NCBI RefSeq assembly: GCF_018977255.1
Contig: NW_024704742.1
Coordinates: 86,554,001-86,618,000 of the forward strand
Reading direction: 5' to 3'
Length of the DNA: 64,000 bases
Origin: Callorhinchus milii
Lineage: Eukaryota
Within the stretch, counting starts at the first letter, position 1. The number at the start of each line of letters is the position of its first letter. The position numbers and the translations under genes were made by a program. Below the pieces are notes generated by a model, which saw only the letters and a list, made by a program, of their open reading frames with translations, had not been told where the DNA came from and did no database searches. Positions 25,501-38,095 of the stretch are shown here, one piece after another.

Positions 25501-26287
25501 AGCACAGGCTGAAATGGTCTAGGATACACTGATTTATCTGCTAGGAAATCCATGTCCCGCTATCTCATTTGCTAAAAGCACTTTGAGTCTCTAATTAACT
25601 ATGTGCGCTGTTTCTGTATTAACTGACATTTATGGCAGACCAGTGGTAGGAATAACTTTTCAATATGGCTTTCTCTGTGACGCAAATTAAGTTTGTATTC
25701 CCTGATGTAATGGCTGCATGCAGAGAGAGACGTACACAAGAAAGAACAGTTTCAGCTCAGGTGAAATTGGTTTAATAAAAGCCACTCTGCAGTAGTATTG
25801 ATTTTGTGCTTTAAGCTGATGTGCTGATTCAACAAAAAGGAGCTGACACTACTGAACATGCTACCCCCAAGGTCAGGTAAAAATGCACTTCTGTTGACCG
25901 GGTTTGACAAAGTTCATACAACCCTCTTTCCTCTCTCCCCTTGTTGGCCTTTGGGTAAGACCACAGTCTGGCTGTTAGGGACAGAGGACACCATTGAATT
26001 AACACGAAAATGAATGTTTATTTTTAAAAGTAGAAATATTAAAGAGTTTGGCTTGAAGGCAGGGAAGAGGAATTAGGCATGGTGATGTCAAGTGGGTTTG
26101 ACGGGCCCAATGCTCCCTCCTGTTTCTAAATTTCTTTGTTATCCTTTGTAAATCAAACCTTAAGAAAAATGCTCCTGGTTGTGATTATTGCAAGCCAGAG
26201 TGAGGTGTATGCGAGCTTTGTGAGTGTCTGGGCCAATAGAAAATTGTGGGGTGCATTAAAAATTTTGTGGAAAATTTCGGGTTTTCA

Positions 26288-29105
26288 CAACACACACACA
26301 AGCACTCACACAAACACACACAGACCCTCACAAACACAGAGAGATATACACAGACACTTACAAAACAGAGAGACATACACAGACACTTACAAAACAGAGA
26401 GACATACACAGACACTTACAAAACAGAGAGACATACAGAGAGACTTACAAAACAGAGAGACATACACAGACACTTACAAAACAGAGAGACATACAGAGAG
26501 ACTTACAAAACACAGAGAGACATACAGAGAGACTTACAAAACACAGAGAGACATACAGAGAGACTTACAAAACACAGAGAGACATACACAGACACCCACA
26601 AACAGAGAGAGACATACACAGACATTCACAAACACAGAGAGACATACAGACACTCACAAACACAGACACACACAGACAGTCACAAACACAGAGACACACA
26701 CACAGACAGTCACAAACACAGAGACACACACACAGGCACTCGCAAACACAGAGAGAGACACACAGGCACTCGCAAACACGGAGACACACACACAGGCACT
26801 CACAAACACGGAGACACACACACAGGCACTCACAAACACGGAGACACACACACACAGATACTCACAAACACGGAGAGACACACACAGGCACTGGCAAACA
26901 CACAGAGAGACACAAACCGGCACTGGCAAACACACAGAGAGACACAAACCGGCACTGGCAAACACACAGAGAGATACAAACCGGCACTGGCAAACACACA
27001 GAGAGATACAAACCGGCACTGGCAAACACACAGAGAGATACAAACCGGCACTGGCAAACACAGAGACACACACACAGGCATTGGCAAACACTCAGAGAGA
27101 CACACAAAGGCACTGGCAAACACACAGAGAGACACAAACCGGCACTGGCAAACACACAGAGAGACACAAACCGGCACTGGCAAACACACAGAGAGACACA
27201 CACCGGCACTGGCAAACGCACAGAGAGACACACACCGGCACTGGCAAACGCACAGAGAGACACACACCGGCACTGGCAAACGCACAGAGAGACACACACC
27301 GGCACTGGCAAACGCACAGAGAGACACACACCGGCACTGGCAAACGCACAGAGAGACACACACCGGCACTGGCAAACGCACAGAGAGACACACACCGGCA
27401 CTGGCAAACGCACAGAGAGACACACACCGGCACTGGCAAACGCACAGAGAGACACACACCGGCACTGGCAAACGCACAGAGAGACACACACCGGCACTGG
27501 CAAACGCACAGAGAGACACACACCGGCACTGGCAAACGCACAGAGAGACACGCACCGGCACTGGCAAACGCACAGAGAGACACGCACCGGCACTGGCAAA
27601 CGCACAGAGAGACACGCACCGGCACTGGCAAACGCACAGAGAGACGCGCACCGGCACTGGCAAACGCACAGAGAGACGCGCGCACCGGCACTGGCAAACG
27701 CACAGAGAGACGCGCGCACCGGCACTGGCAAACGCACAGAGAGACGCGCGCACCGGCACTGGCAAACGCACAGAGAGACGCGCGCACCGGCACTGGCAAA
27801 CGCACAGAGAGACGCGCGCACCGGCACTGGCAAACGCACAGAGAGACGCGCGCACCGGCACTGGCAAACGCACAGAGAGACGCGCGCACCGGCACTGGCA
27901 AACGCACAGAGAGACGCGCGCACCGGCCCTGGCAAACGCACAGAGAGACGCGCGCACCGGCCCTGGCAAACGCACAGAGAGACGCGCGCACCGGCCCTGG
28001 CAAACGCACAGAGAGACGCGCGCACCGGCCCTGGCAAACGCACAGAGAGACGCGCGCACCGGCCCTGGCAAACGCACAGAGAGACGCGCGCACCGGCCCT
28101 GGCAAACGCACAGAGAGACGCGCGCACCGGCCCTGGCAAACGCACAGAGAGACGCGCGCACCGGCCCTGGCAAACGCACAGAGAGACGCGCGCACCGGCC
28201 CTGGCAAACGCACAGAGAGACGCGCGCACCGGCCCTGGCAAACGCACAGAGAGACGCGCGCACCGGCCCTGGCAAACGCACAGAGAGACGCGCGCACCGG
28301 CCCTGGCAAACGCACAGAGAGACGCGCGCACCGGCCCTGGCAAACGCACAGAGAGACGCGCGCACCGGCCCTGGCAAACGCACAGAGAGACGCGCGCACC
28401 GGCCCTGGCAAACGCACAGAGAGACGCGCGCACCGGCCCTGGCAAACGCACAGAGAGACGCGCGCACCGGCCCTGGCAAACGCACAGAGAGACGCGCGCA
28501 CCGGCCCTGGCAAACGCACAGAGAGACGCGCGCACCGGCCCTGGCAAACGCACAGAGAGACGCGCGCACCGGCCCTGGCAAACGCACAGAGAGACGCGCG
28601 CACCGGCCCTGGCAAACGCACAGAGAGACGCGCGCACCGGCCCTGGCAAACGCACAGAGAGACGCGCGCACCGGCCCTGGCAAACGCACAGAGAGACGCG
28701 CGCACCGGCCCTGGCAAACGCACAGAGAGACGCGCGCACCGGCCCTGGCAAACGCACAGAGAGACGCGCGCACCGGCCCTGGCAAACGCACAGAGAGACG
28801 CGCGCACCGGCCCTGGCAAACGCACAGAGAGACGCGCGCACCGGCCCTGGCAAACGCACAGAGAGGCGCGCACCGGCCCTGGCAAACGCACAGAGAGGCG
28901 CGCACCGGCCCTGGCAAACGCACAGAGAGGCGCGCACCGGCCCTGGCAAACGCACAGAGAGGCGCGCACCGGCCCTGGCAAACGCACAGAGAGACGCGCG
29001 CACAGGCCCTGGCAAACGCACAGAGACGCGCACAGGCTCTGGCAAACGCACAGAGACGCGTACAGGCCCTCGCAAATGCACGGACGTGCGCATAAACACA
29101 CACAA
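26288..29105 (+). repeat. 2.8-kb polarised minisatellite, unit 29-34 bp, dominant form CACCGGCCCTGGCAAACGCACAGAGAGACGCGCG
   Basis: Direct reading; stepwise variant series along the array. Confidence 0.97.
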
Positions 29106-29400
29106 TCACAACAGCGGAGTCTCCAAGTGAAGCCCACTTGTTGCTTGCGCTGCACTGTGCATGTGCGTCTGGGGATGCTCTGCCCACAACGACATCAGGT
29201 AAACAACGAGTGGCTCGCGGGCCAGAAGCTTCATTGATAGCGGGTTTTGTAGCGACGGCGTGTGTTTATAGCGGATTCCGCGGGAAAGTGTAGCCGCACT
29301 TTTCTATTGGTCCAGATAAAATCTAGCAAAATCTAGATTGATGCTCATTATGCAGGAAACTTTGCATTTGACGTGGAGCCTACGCTGTCAAATGGCAATT
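29105..29400 (+). promoter_or_regulatory. Candidate promoter/regulatory segment C
   Basis: Donor-like CAG|GTAAAC at 29198/29199, E2F-like gcgggaaa 29280-29287, inverted CCAAT attgg 29306-29310, half-CRE tgacgt ~29369, CpG-rich. Confidence 0.35.
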
Positions 29401-30227
29401 AACTGTATATTTGGGGGAAATTTCTCAGCTCCATACACGTGACAATACTTTCACATGAAAGATTAAAAATTTGTAATGAATGCATGAAGCTACACCTGTG
29501 ACAATTGTAATTTTATTCATTGTTGGACTTGAAGGATAAATGAGTTGTGTACAAGCCTGCAAATCTTTGTATCAGGCTTCATTTGATTTGGGAAGGTTTT
29601 CTACATTCTCCTTTATTCTAATTTTTACCTGTTCCTTTGTGTTATCCAACAATACTGGTGCTGGAACCCACCAAATTACATGTGAGGTTGGGGAGTGTGC
29701 TTGCTTCTCACATGGCAAGTGCTTATCACACAAGGGCAAACTGGGGAGGCAAGGCACTCTCCCATGCAGAGCGAGGGGGAATTCAGGCATGTGCCAATGG
29801 CTGAACACATCATAGTTTTTTTTAATAAAAATGGTTAGGAAAAATCATATTCATAGTTTTGAATAAAGATATAAGAGCTGTAAGGTGTGAGTATTTGCAC
29901 TGCGCGATTATATATGTATATATTATATAATATACACATGCATGATGGCACCATGTAATTCATGCAGTAGCTTTCATCAATTGTTCCACTTTCTGCTGAG
30001 CATGCCACCCACAATACTTAAGGAACCATGGAAATCCTTAATGAGTGAAACACTTCTAAATTAACACCAGTATAAATGCATTTATACAGCTGGCTAAGTA
30101 ATAAATCACAGGCAATCATAACGCATGTGTTAGTGGTTGGTATATAGAGTAACTGTGGCTCACTGTGTGGCACAGTGCAATCCTCTCCTTTGTGCTTTAC
30201 AAGTAGACTCTCTATTGTAATAATATA

Positions 30228-30442
30228 ATAATAATCCTTGCATTTGATATAGCTTCTAGACGTCTCAAAGCGCTTCACAGAATATACTGTAAAGTGAATT
30301 GACTGCATATTTGTTGGCGAAACGCGGCAGCCAATTGCGCACAGAGGTGTCCTACAAACAGTTGTGGATTGAAAATAATCAATTTAGTATTGTTTGTTTT
30401 CTTGAGGGTTTATTATCAGGCATGTGGAGTAAGGAAACTTGT
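30228..30442 (-). mobile_element. tRNA-SINE 3' portion
   Basis: ataataatccttgcatttgatatagc...ggagtaaggaaacttg. Confidence 0.85.
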
Positions 30443-31019
30443 ACTTGTGACATCTGTTCTGAACATAATCCCTTAACTATTACACGCTAACATTTCTGAG
30501 TTTTATTCTCACTTCAGTCATTTAGCCACACTCTTTGATTTTTTTCTCTCTCCCATTGTATTTATTATTATTATTATTATTATTATCTGCGTGCATTCTT
30601 GCACAGTTGTCAGCAGCACCTGCCTCTACTGGAGAGTTGGAGTAGTTTTTTAAAAAAATCTCCCACATTTACATTGGCACTCCAAATAGCAAAGCCCTCA
30701 ATACCCGACAATAAAGAACCCAAAGTTTGAAAAGGGTGAGAAGACAGAACAATGCGGGAGGGGAGAAATGTTCATTTTTCATTTTAAGTAAACATTTTGT
30801 TTGACGGAGTTTAAAAAGAAAATCTATTCTGGGAGTTGTTCCTATTGTTGTGTTCTTTCCTGCTGATCTGTGGTGCTCATAAAGGCTTATCCTTTGAACT
30901 TGTGTGAACAGGATGGAACCCCCTTTTTTAGGGTTTGTGTTTTCTGCCAGTTTTGAATCTCCAATTTTCTCGCGTATCTACTTTCCTGAAGGTATTTGAC
31001 TTCTTTCTCCTTCTACTTG

Positions 31020-31437
31020 GTTTCAGCCTGGCTCAGTTGGTAGCATTTGAGCCTCTGAGTCAGAAGATTATGGGTTTAAGCCCCATGTCAAAACTTTCAA
31101 TTCAGTCTTGGCTGACACTCCAGTGCAATGCTGCGGAAGCACTGTGTTGTCAGAGGAGCCATCCTTCGCAAGTGATATTAAACTGAGGTTATGTGGCACA
31201 ATTAAGGGGGGATAAAAAGTTAGTTTCTCTCGGTGTCTTGGACAATAGACCCTCAATTAAAATTGGTCATTCACTTCATGACTGTTTGTAGTACATCGCT
31301 GTGTGCAAATTAGCTGCATTTGCCTACAGAATATACAGTCACTACACTTCACCATAAATCCTGTGAATTATTTAAGGCGGCTCAATGATGTGATGAGACA
31401 TTATCTCAAATGCAAGTATTGTTGTTGGTATTATTAC
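31020..31437 (+). mobile_element. Deu-domain SINE (SacSINE1/AmnSINE-type core) with L2-type tail
   Basis: tRNA-like head ggctcagttggtagc...gagtcagaag, Deu-like core gctgacactccagtgcaatgctg...gtcagagg, shared 3' tail. Confidence 0.75.
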
Positions 31438-31599
31438 TCAGGGTTTTATCGCTATCTTGACCAAGTGATGATTAGTCAGTCTGTTTGATCTGGATCCTTG
31501 CATCCACAACCACACGTATCTTTCAGCAGGGAAGAGAATAGGAGCTGTTTTTTCCCCTTCACCAGCCCACATGTGTTGAGGTCAGTTGTAGTGTCTGTA

Positions 31600-31965
31600 T
31601 TTCAAGATCTTTACCTTGTATTCAAGTTCCTGCACTCCTCTGCACCCCACTACCTCTCTTACCTCTCTCCTCAAAACAGTATCCGTTGCCTTCGTTCCTC
31701 TGGGTCTGGCCTCCTCCTCATCCCCCAAGTCCTCCGCTCCACCCTCGGCGGCCGTGCCTTCAGCCACTATGCCCCGAAGCTCCCTTCGCCTCGCTCCCTC
31801 CCTTCCCATTTTCAGGTCTCTGCTGAAGACCTTTCTTTTCAACCGTGCCTTTGGTCACCTTCCTCCCTCTCCCCCTGGCTCGGTCCCGGGATCCCTTACT
31901 GTAAAGCACTCTGAGACGCCGTCTGGCGTGGAGGGCGCTATATGAATCCAAGTAGTTGTTGTTTT
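31600..31965 (+). mobile_element. L2 3' fragment
   Basis: VFKFLHSSAPHYL...LRSSGSGLL...LGGRAFSHYAPKL; tail ggagggcgctatatgaatccaagtagttgttg. Confidence 0.9.
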
Positions 31966-32780
31966 ATTGATACCTTGCCGCGGATCAGAACTTGTGACCT
32001 TTTGGTGTGTGGCTGAAGTGTACATCAAGCAGCATCCTTACTCCCTGGGTCATCAGGGAAAAGCATTTGTGAAAAAAAATGCCTCATTTAGTTGTAAAGA
32101 TCAAGGCTGGTTGCTAGATGCATATGATAAAAGACTCCCTGCCTTGTGCCAGGAAATCGCGTCAGCTTCAGTGCTGCATACGCAAAGCTATTTTATGTGG
32201 TATTTATAGAAGCACCCAATTTAGTGACGTTTGCTTTATATGGAAAATAAAGTAGTAATAATAATAAATAATAATAGAAGCCTCTAGCGATATGGAACAC
32301 ATTAAGCGGGTATGCACTTTACTCTGAAACAGCAATCCTTTGTTCTACAGTTGCTTCCTTCTAACCAAATGTGTTGCATAGGAGTTCCCTGTGTGAAGTA
32401 CCCATCTCAAAGAGCACTGCACAATTACAGATCTGTGTGCAGGAAAATGTGAACTTGGCTGGTAAGCAAAATAATTGCTGCTGAGAAGAGCTTCTGGTGA
32501 TATTGGTGGAGGATGCAGTTGGTGTCCTGAGGTGCTGCAGTGTGTTGACTGGTTAAGAGGAAAGCGAATGGCACCCCTTGCCCTCACCGTGGGTAGATGT
32601 CTCCTCTCCATGTCTCCACGCAACTGCACAGCTAGATTAGTTTGGATAAAGAAGACTTTTTGGCCCATCTGAACTCATCCCTCCCGAACACCAACTCTAC
32701 CATACTCCACATCACAGCATCAAGCTGCTGTTCAAATGGCCTCAATCACCCTACCTGGCAAGTGTAGTCACATTTATTTA

Positions 32781-33085
32781 GTCCTGTAGCTCAGTGATTA
32801 GAACACTCACCTCGCAAGTGAGAGCCCTGGGTTTGATTCCCGGCAGCGCGAAACCATGGGCAAGTTTCCTTATACCACACGCCTGATAATAATCCTTCAA
32901 TAAATAAATAATAATTTGGTCACTCAATCCATGACTGTCCGTGGGACACTGCTGTGCACAATTGTCTGCTGCGTTTCACCCACAAATATACAGTCAATTC
33001 ACTTTACAGTATATTCTGTGATGCGCTTTAAGACGTCTAGAAGACGTGAAAAACACTATATCAAATGCACAGATTATTTATATTT
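32781..33085 (+). mobile_element. tRNA-SINE
   Basis: agtcctgtagctcagtgattag...ggtttgattccc...aaatgcacagattattt. Confidence 0.9.
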
Positions 33086-34739
33086 CAGTATGCTCCCCAA
33101 ATCCAAATGGCTATTACAGCAACTCAGAGTCTTGCAGGCACAGGGAACTTTCATGCTTCTTGTTGCTTCATGCTAATGTGGTTGTGTAGCAATCTGCTCT
33201 CAAAGCTAAGCTTGATGACCTACCCATACCCAGTGTCTCAGCTGGTGAAGCAATGCCCTCCGATGAAACTAAGTCCTAAGTCCTGATTCCAGCAAATGAT
33301 GGCTCGCCAATTGAGTGAGTTACTGGAGGGTGACACCACACAGAGCGCTGTCAGGTGAGGAGGAGGAAAGAAGAAAGCCAGTTCTCCAACCCAAACTGTA
33401 AATGGCTGAGTGTATTCAAGTAATGATAGTAATCCTTACATTTGGTGTAATGCCTTTTACATTGGGAGGACGTCCCAAAGCGCATCACAGGATATACTGC
33501 AAAATGTAGTGACTGTGTGTTTTGTGATGGCTCCGACTTTCAGGTCATGTTTTTCAAGGGATTATGCCTGAAAAAAAACAGGCTAAAATTTGCAGGGTTT
33601 TATAACTGAATTGATGTGGTGATTGTCACTGGTAATGGTAGTAGTTTATTGTCGAATCACGATATGTGATTTTAATTATCACTGGTGAGAAGTGTTGCTT
33701 TAAATCTCGCCTGCACAATTTACCCTGCTATCGGAGAATCACGTTTTATGTTTGTTGAGAGCAGCATAATCTTGGCTATGACACTCGAGGTGTGAATTCA
33801 GGTTTCTCAATGCTTCAATTAGCTGTGAAAATTTGAAAGCCGTGCTGTTAGATCAGCGATTTATTGAAACCACCAGAATAGCTCAGCACTGATATGCAGT
33901 CAATCTTGGTATAGATTTGCCTCTATTCATCTCAAACCCAGGTTCCGAACATTTGGCAAGCACTGTTTTTGTAAGATGTTTGAAATCTGGGAGGGTGGTG
34001 GTTGTAATCTGGGATGGGGGAGATGTCTGTAATCTGGAGAGGAGGAGGGGGGTTTGGCACATTCAATTTGTACAGGAAGGAGGCTAGGTGTTTGCAGTCT
34101 GTGATGGGTGGTGGGGATAAACATTTATAATCTGCACAGTGTGGGTGTGAAATGTGTGTCATGTGCTCGGTGTGGGTGGGGGATGAAGTGTGTGTAATCT
34201 CCACTGTGTATAGGGGGTGAAGTGTGTGTAATCTTATCACAGGGCCCCACAGTGAATGATGAAACTTCTGCATTTATAATAATAAACCTTGCATTTGATA
34301 TAGCGCCTTATCACATCTTCAAGACACCTCAAAGCATTTCACAGAATATACTGTGAAAATATATAAATGTGTGTAATCTGCACGAAGTGAGGGGGGAGGT
34401 TGTGTGTGTAATATGTGTAGTGCTGACGTGCAATGCTTTGTCACACCATAATAATAAATAATAATAATAATCCTTGCATTTGATATAGCACCTCATCACA
34501 TCGTTGAGATGTCTCAAAGCGCTTCACAGAATATATTGTAAAGTGGATTGACTGTATTTTGTGAGCCATTCGCTGCAGCCAATTGTACACAACAGTGTCC
34601 TACAAACATTGTATATCCTGTTATATAAAATATAAAAATAGGATTTATTTTCTAAGAGGTGCATGTGTTGAATCGCTCCTATTTATTCCCCTCTCTGTTA
34701 GTGTAAGAAACATGAACTGTCATGGTACAATCTTGGTAC

Positions 34740-35740
34740 AAGGGGAGGGAAGGGAGGGGGCGAGGAGGGGGTAGAGAGTTGAGAGGGGAGCTGAAGGCAC
34801 GGTCGAAGAGAAAGGTCTTGAGACCGGCCTTGAAGGAGGAAAGGGAGGAGGCGGCGAAGGCACTGGGGGATGGAGTTCCAGAGCCTCGGGGCTGAGAGGC
34901 TGAAGGCCCGGCCACCGATGGTAGGGTAGTTGGCACGGGGGATGTGGAGCAGACCGGAGCCAGAGGAACGGGAGAGTATAGGCAGGTAGGTAGGGGATAG
35001 TAGGTCGGAGAGGTAGGAGGGAGCAAGGCCGTGAATGGCCTTGTAGGTGAGGATGAGGATCTTGAATTCGATCCTCTGGGGGATGGGGAGCCAGTGGAGG
35101 CGAGCGAGGGTGGGAGTGATGTGGTCCCGAAGCCTGGTGCGGGACAGTACACGAGCTGCAGAGTTCTGAATGACCTGCAGCTTGTGGAGGGAGGTGCCGG
35201 GAAGGCCGACGAGGAGAGAGTTCCCATAGTCCAGCCTTGAGGTGATAAAGGCGTGGACCAGAGTTTCAGCAGCGTGAGGGGTGAGGTAGTGCCATTCCGG
35301 AGGTGATGGAAGGCGGTGCCAGTTGTGGTGCGGATATGAGGGAGAAAGGACAGCTCAGGGTCGAACAGAACACCGAGGCTCCTGACCGGCTTTGAGAGGT
35401 GGAGAGTGCAGCCTTGGATGCTGATGCTGTCAGCGCCTGAGGTGCGGAGGCGCTGACGTGAGCCAATCAGGAGGGCCTCAGTTTTACGCACGTTGAGCTG
35501 AAGAAAGTTGTCTCTCGTCCAGGACTCGATGTCGGACAGGCAGGCTGTCAGGACATCGGTGGTCGTGGAGTTGAGGGTAGAGGAGGAAAGGTAGAGTTGG
35601 GTGTCATCCGCATACATGTGGAAGTTAACCCCATGTCTGGGGATGATGTCACCAAGGGGGAGCGTATAGAGGATGAAGAGGAGGGGACCGAGGACAGAGC
35701 CCTGAGGGACACCGCACGAGACAGTGCGGGGGCTGGAGGA
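34740..35740 (-). mobile_element. L2 LINE RT core and C-terminal fragment
   Basis: [14 protein letters not shown] motif at ~35685-35715, YADDTQLY catalytic motif, [18 protein letters not shown]; frameshift near 35290. Confidence 0.95.
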
Positions 35741-36359
35741 AAATTACTTAGGAAATTACTCTAGGCTGCTGTCACTCAGTCCTATGGTGCCTTCTGACAT
35801 GATGTCCTGGATCGACACAGCTTCAGGACTGACTTCATTAATGAGGGTTTGGTTTGTGGCCAAGCCCGATAAACTTGCGAGGAAGCACTTGATAATTGTT
35901 AATGTTACACTGAGCAAAGCCCATCTTCTTCGGAGTGCCAGCTTGTCTACCACTCCATTAATACATTGAAGATCAGAAATCCATCTCTGTGTGTCTAGAT
36001 TTCCACTTCTCAAGGTCTGCAGGACTGAGACCGCATTAAAAAATGTCTACAGCCACTTCATGTGCTCATACACAGCAGCTTGACGATCAATCAGTTTATC
36101 AAAATGTCTGTGGATTTAGATGTGGCATTGATTTTTAATGGAGAAATTAACTCTATGGGTACTGCTGACACAGTGCCTCCGGGGCCTAAAATAGTGATAA
36201 CATCATTGATTGTATCCCAGTCCTCCTCTCCTGCTTGTTGTCTCCAGTTCTGGTCTATCGCTTGTTTCTTATTCCTGTCCTACCACGGGTGGCCAAGCTT
36301 TCAGCTACGATGGTTACAAAGGTTCTTTTTTACCTCACTTCCTCTCTCCCTGCCTTTAA

Positions 36360-36575
36360 GTCAACAAAAACAACTTGCATTTATATTGTGCCCCTCACGC
36401 AGGATATAGTCCCAGAGCGCTTGACAGTGGCCGGGGAGGTTGAGGAGATCAGAGCCGCAGGACAGAAGACGTTGACGGGAGCCATTGAGTATGGCTTCCG
36501 TCATGTCAACATTTGGTTGTAAGAAGTTCGGGCTCATTCAGGTCCTGATGTCTGCAAGACAAGCAGAGAGAGCAT
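36360..36575 (-). mobile_element. L2 pieces (3' tail fused to an RT fragment)
   Basis: caacttgcatttatattg tail, then the reverse complement of a LSACLADIRT.MS.NFLQ-like segment. Confidence 0.7.
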
Positions 36576-36594
36576 GGCCAGCCTTCTTCTTCAC

Positions 36595-37880
36595 CTCAAA
36601 GATTGAAAACATCCACTTGGCTGCATCATTCTCCCGCGCTCCATGTCCCTTTTCACCCCACCCAGACCATCCACACCACCTTCCCTCTCCACCATGGCTC
36701 CTGCCATTCCCCCCTCCTTACACTCCTTTGCCCCCATTTCTCCCTCCTCCCTCTCAACCATAATTACCCGCATGAAGTTCACCACCTGCTGCCTTGATCC
36801 CCTCCCTTCCCAGCTGCTGGTCACTCAACTCCCCCTTCTCTCCCCTGCTGTGGCCAACATGGTCAACTAGACGATCTCCTCAGGTTCTGTTCCGCTCCCC
36901 CTGAAAACCGCTGTCATCACACCCCTCAAAAACCCACCCTCGATCCCTCTAATCTCTCACTCTATAGTCCCATCTCCAATTTACCTTTCCTTGCCAGAGT
37001 CCTGGAACGCATTGTCACAGTTCAATTTTGGTCACACCTCTCCCTCCACTCCCTCCCCGAGCCCCTGCAGTCTGGTTTTCACCCTGCCCACAGCACAGAG
37101 ACAGCTCTTGTCAAAGTCACAAACGACGTCCTTTACATCTGTGACCAGGGCTTCCTCTGCCTTCTCGTCTTCCTGGATCTCTCTACCCTGTTTGACACAG
37201 TCGACCACGCCATCCTCCTCCACCACCTCTCCTCCCTCACCCACCTTAGTGGGACCGTACTCACATGGTTTGAATCCTATTTAACCAACCGCTTCCACTT
37301 CATCTTGGCAAATGGTTTCTCCTCCTGCCCCCATGCAGTCACCTGCGTGGTATCCCAGGGCTCCATCCTTGGCCCTCTTCTTTTCCTTACCTATATGCGC
37401 CCTCTGGGTGATATCATCCGCAGACACGAAGTAAACTTCCACATGAAAGAGGATGACACACAAATTTACTTTGCCTCCTCCAGTACCAACTCGTCCGTCG
37501 ATGTTCTATCAGCTTGTCTGGCAGACATCACGGCCTGGATGAGTGTAAACTTCCTGCAGCTGAATGTGGACAAGATGAAAGCCATACTCCTTGGCTCCCG
37601 ACAACATCTTCACTCCTCCAGATGTGAACTCCTCAACCTTCCTGGACTCTCCCTTACACTCACCGAACCAGTGTGCAATCTTGGCTTCCGGTTCGAACCC
37701 CAGCTGTCCTTCCTCCCCCACATCCAGTCCCTGACCAGGACTACCTTCCTCCACGTCTGCCACATTGCCCGCCTTCAACTGTACCTTACCCTGAAGACAG
37801 CCGAAACGCTCGTGAATGCGTTTGTCACTTCCTGCCTGGATTACTCAATCGCACTCCTCGCCTGTCTCCCCAGCTCCTTT
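36595..37880 (+). mobile_element. L2 LINE RT region, degenerate
   Basis: TTCCLDPLPS, QSGFHPAHSTETAL, VSQGSILGPLLF, KEDDTQIY (mutated YADD), FVTSCLDYS. Confidence 0.93.
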
Positions 37881-37884
37881 AGGT

Positions 37885-38095
37885 GAGATTTGGGGGTGGG
37901 GAGGGGGCAACATGGAGGAATTAAGGGAGAGAGTTTCAGAGTTTCTGGGCATAGTGGCTGAAGGCACGGCCACCGATGATGGAGCGGAGGGCACGAGGGA
38001 CAATTAGGAGGCCGGAGCCAGTTGAGTGGAGGCAGTGGGTAGTGGAATGGGGATAAGCAGGTCAGATAGGTAGGGAGGTGCAAGGGCATGAAGGG
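37885..38095 (-). mobile_element. L2 3' fragment, inverted relative to the adjacent copy
   Basis: Reverse complement of a ...RSIIGGRAFSHYA.KL.NSLP-like region. Confidence 0.75.

Noticed and set aside
26136..29237. ORFs of 690-1030 aa on both strands
   Set aside because: The 32-34-bp unit lacks stops in several frames, and there is no domain or codon signal.
35756..36013. 85-aa minus-strand ORF next to an L2
   Set aside because: No recognisable domain and no convincing splice sites.
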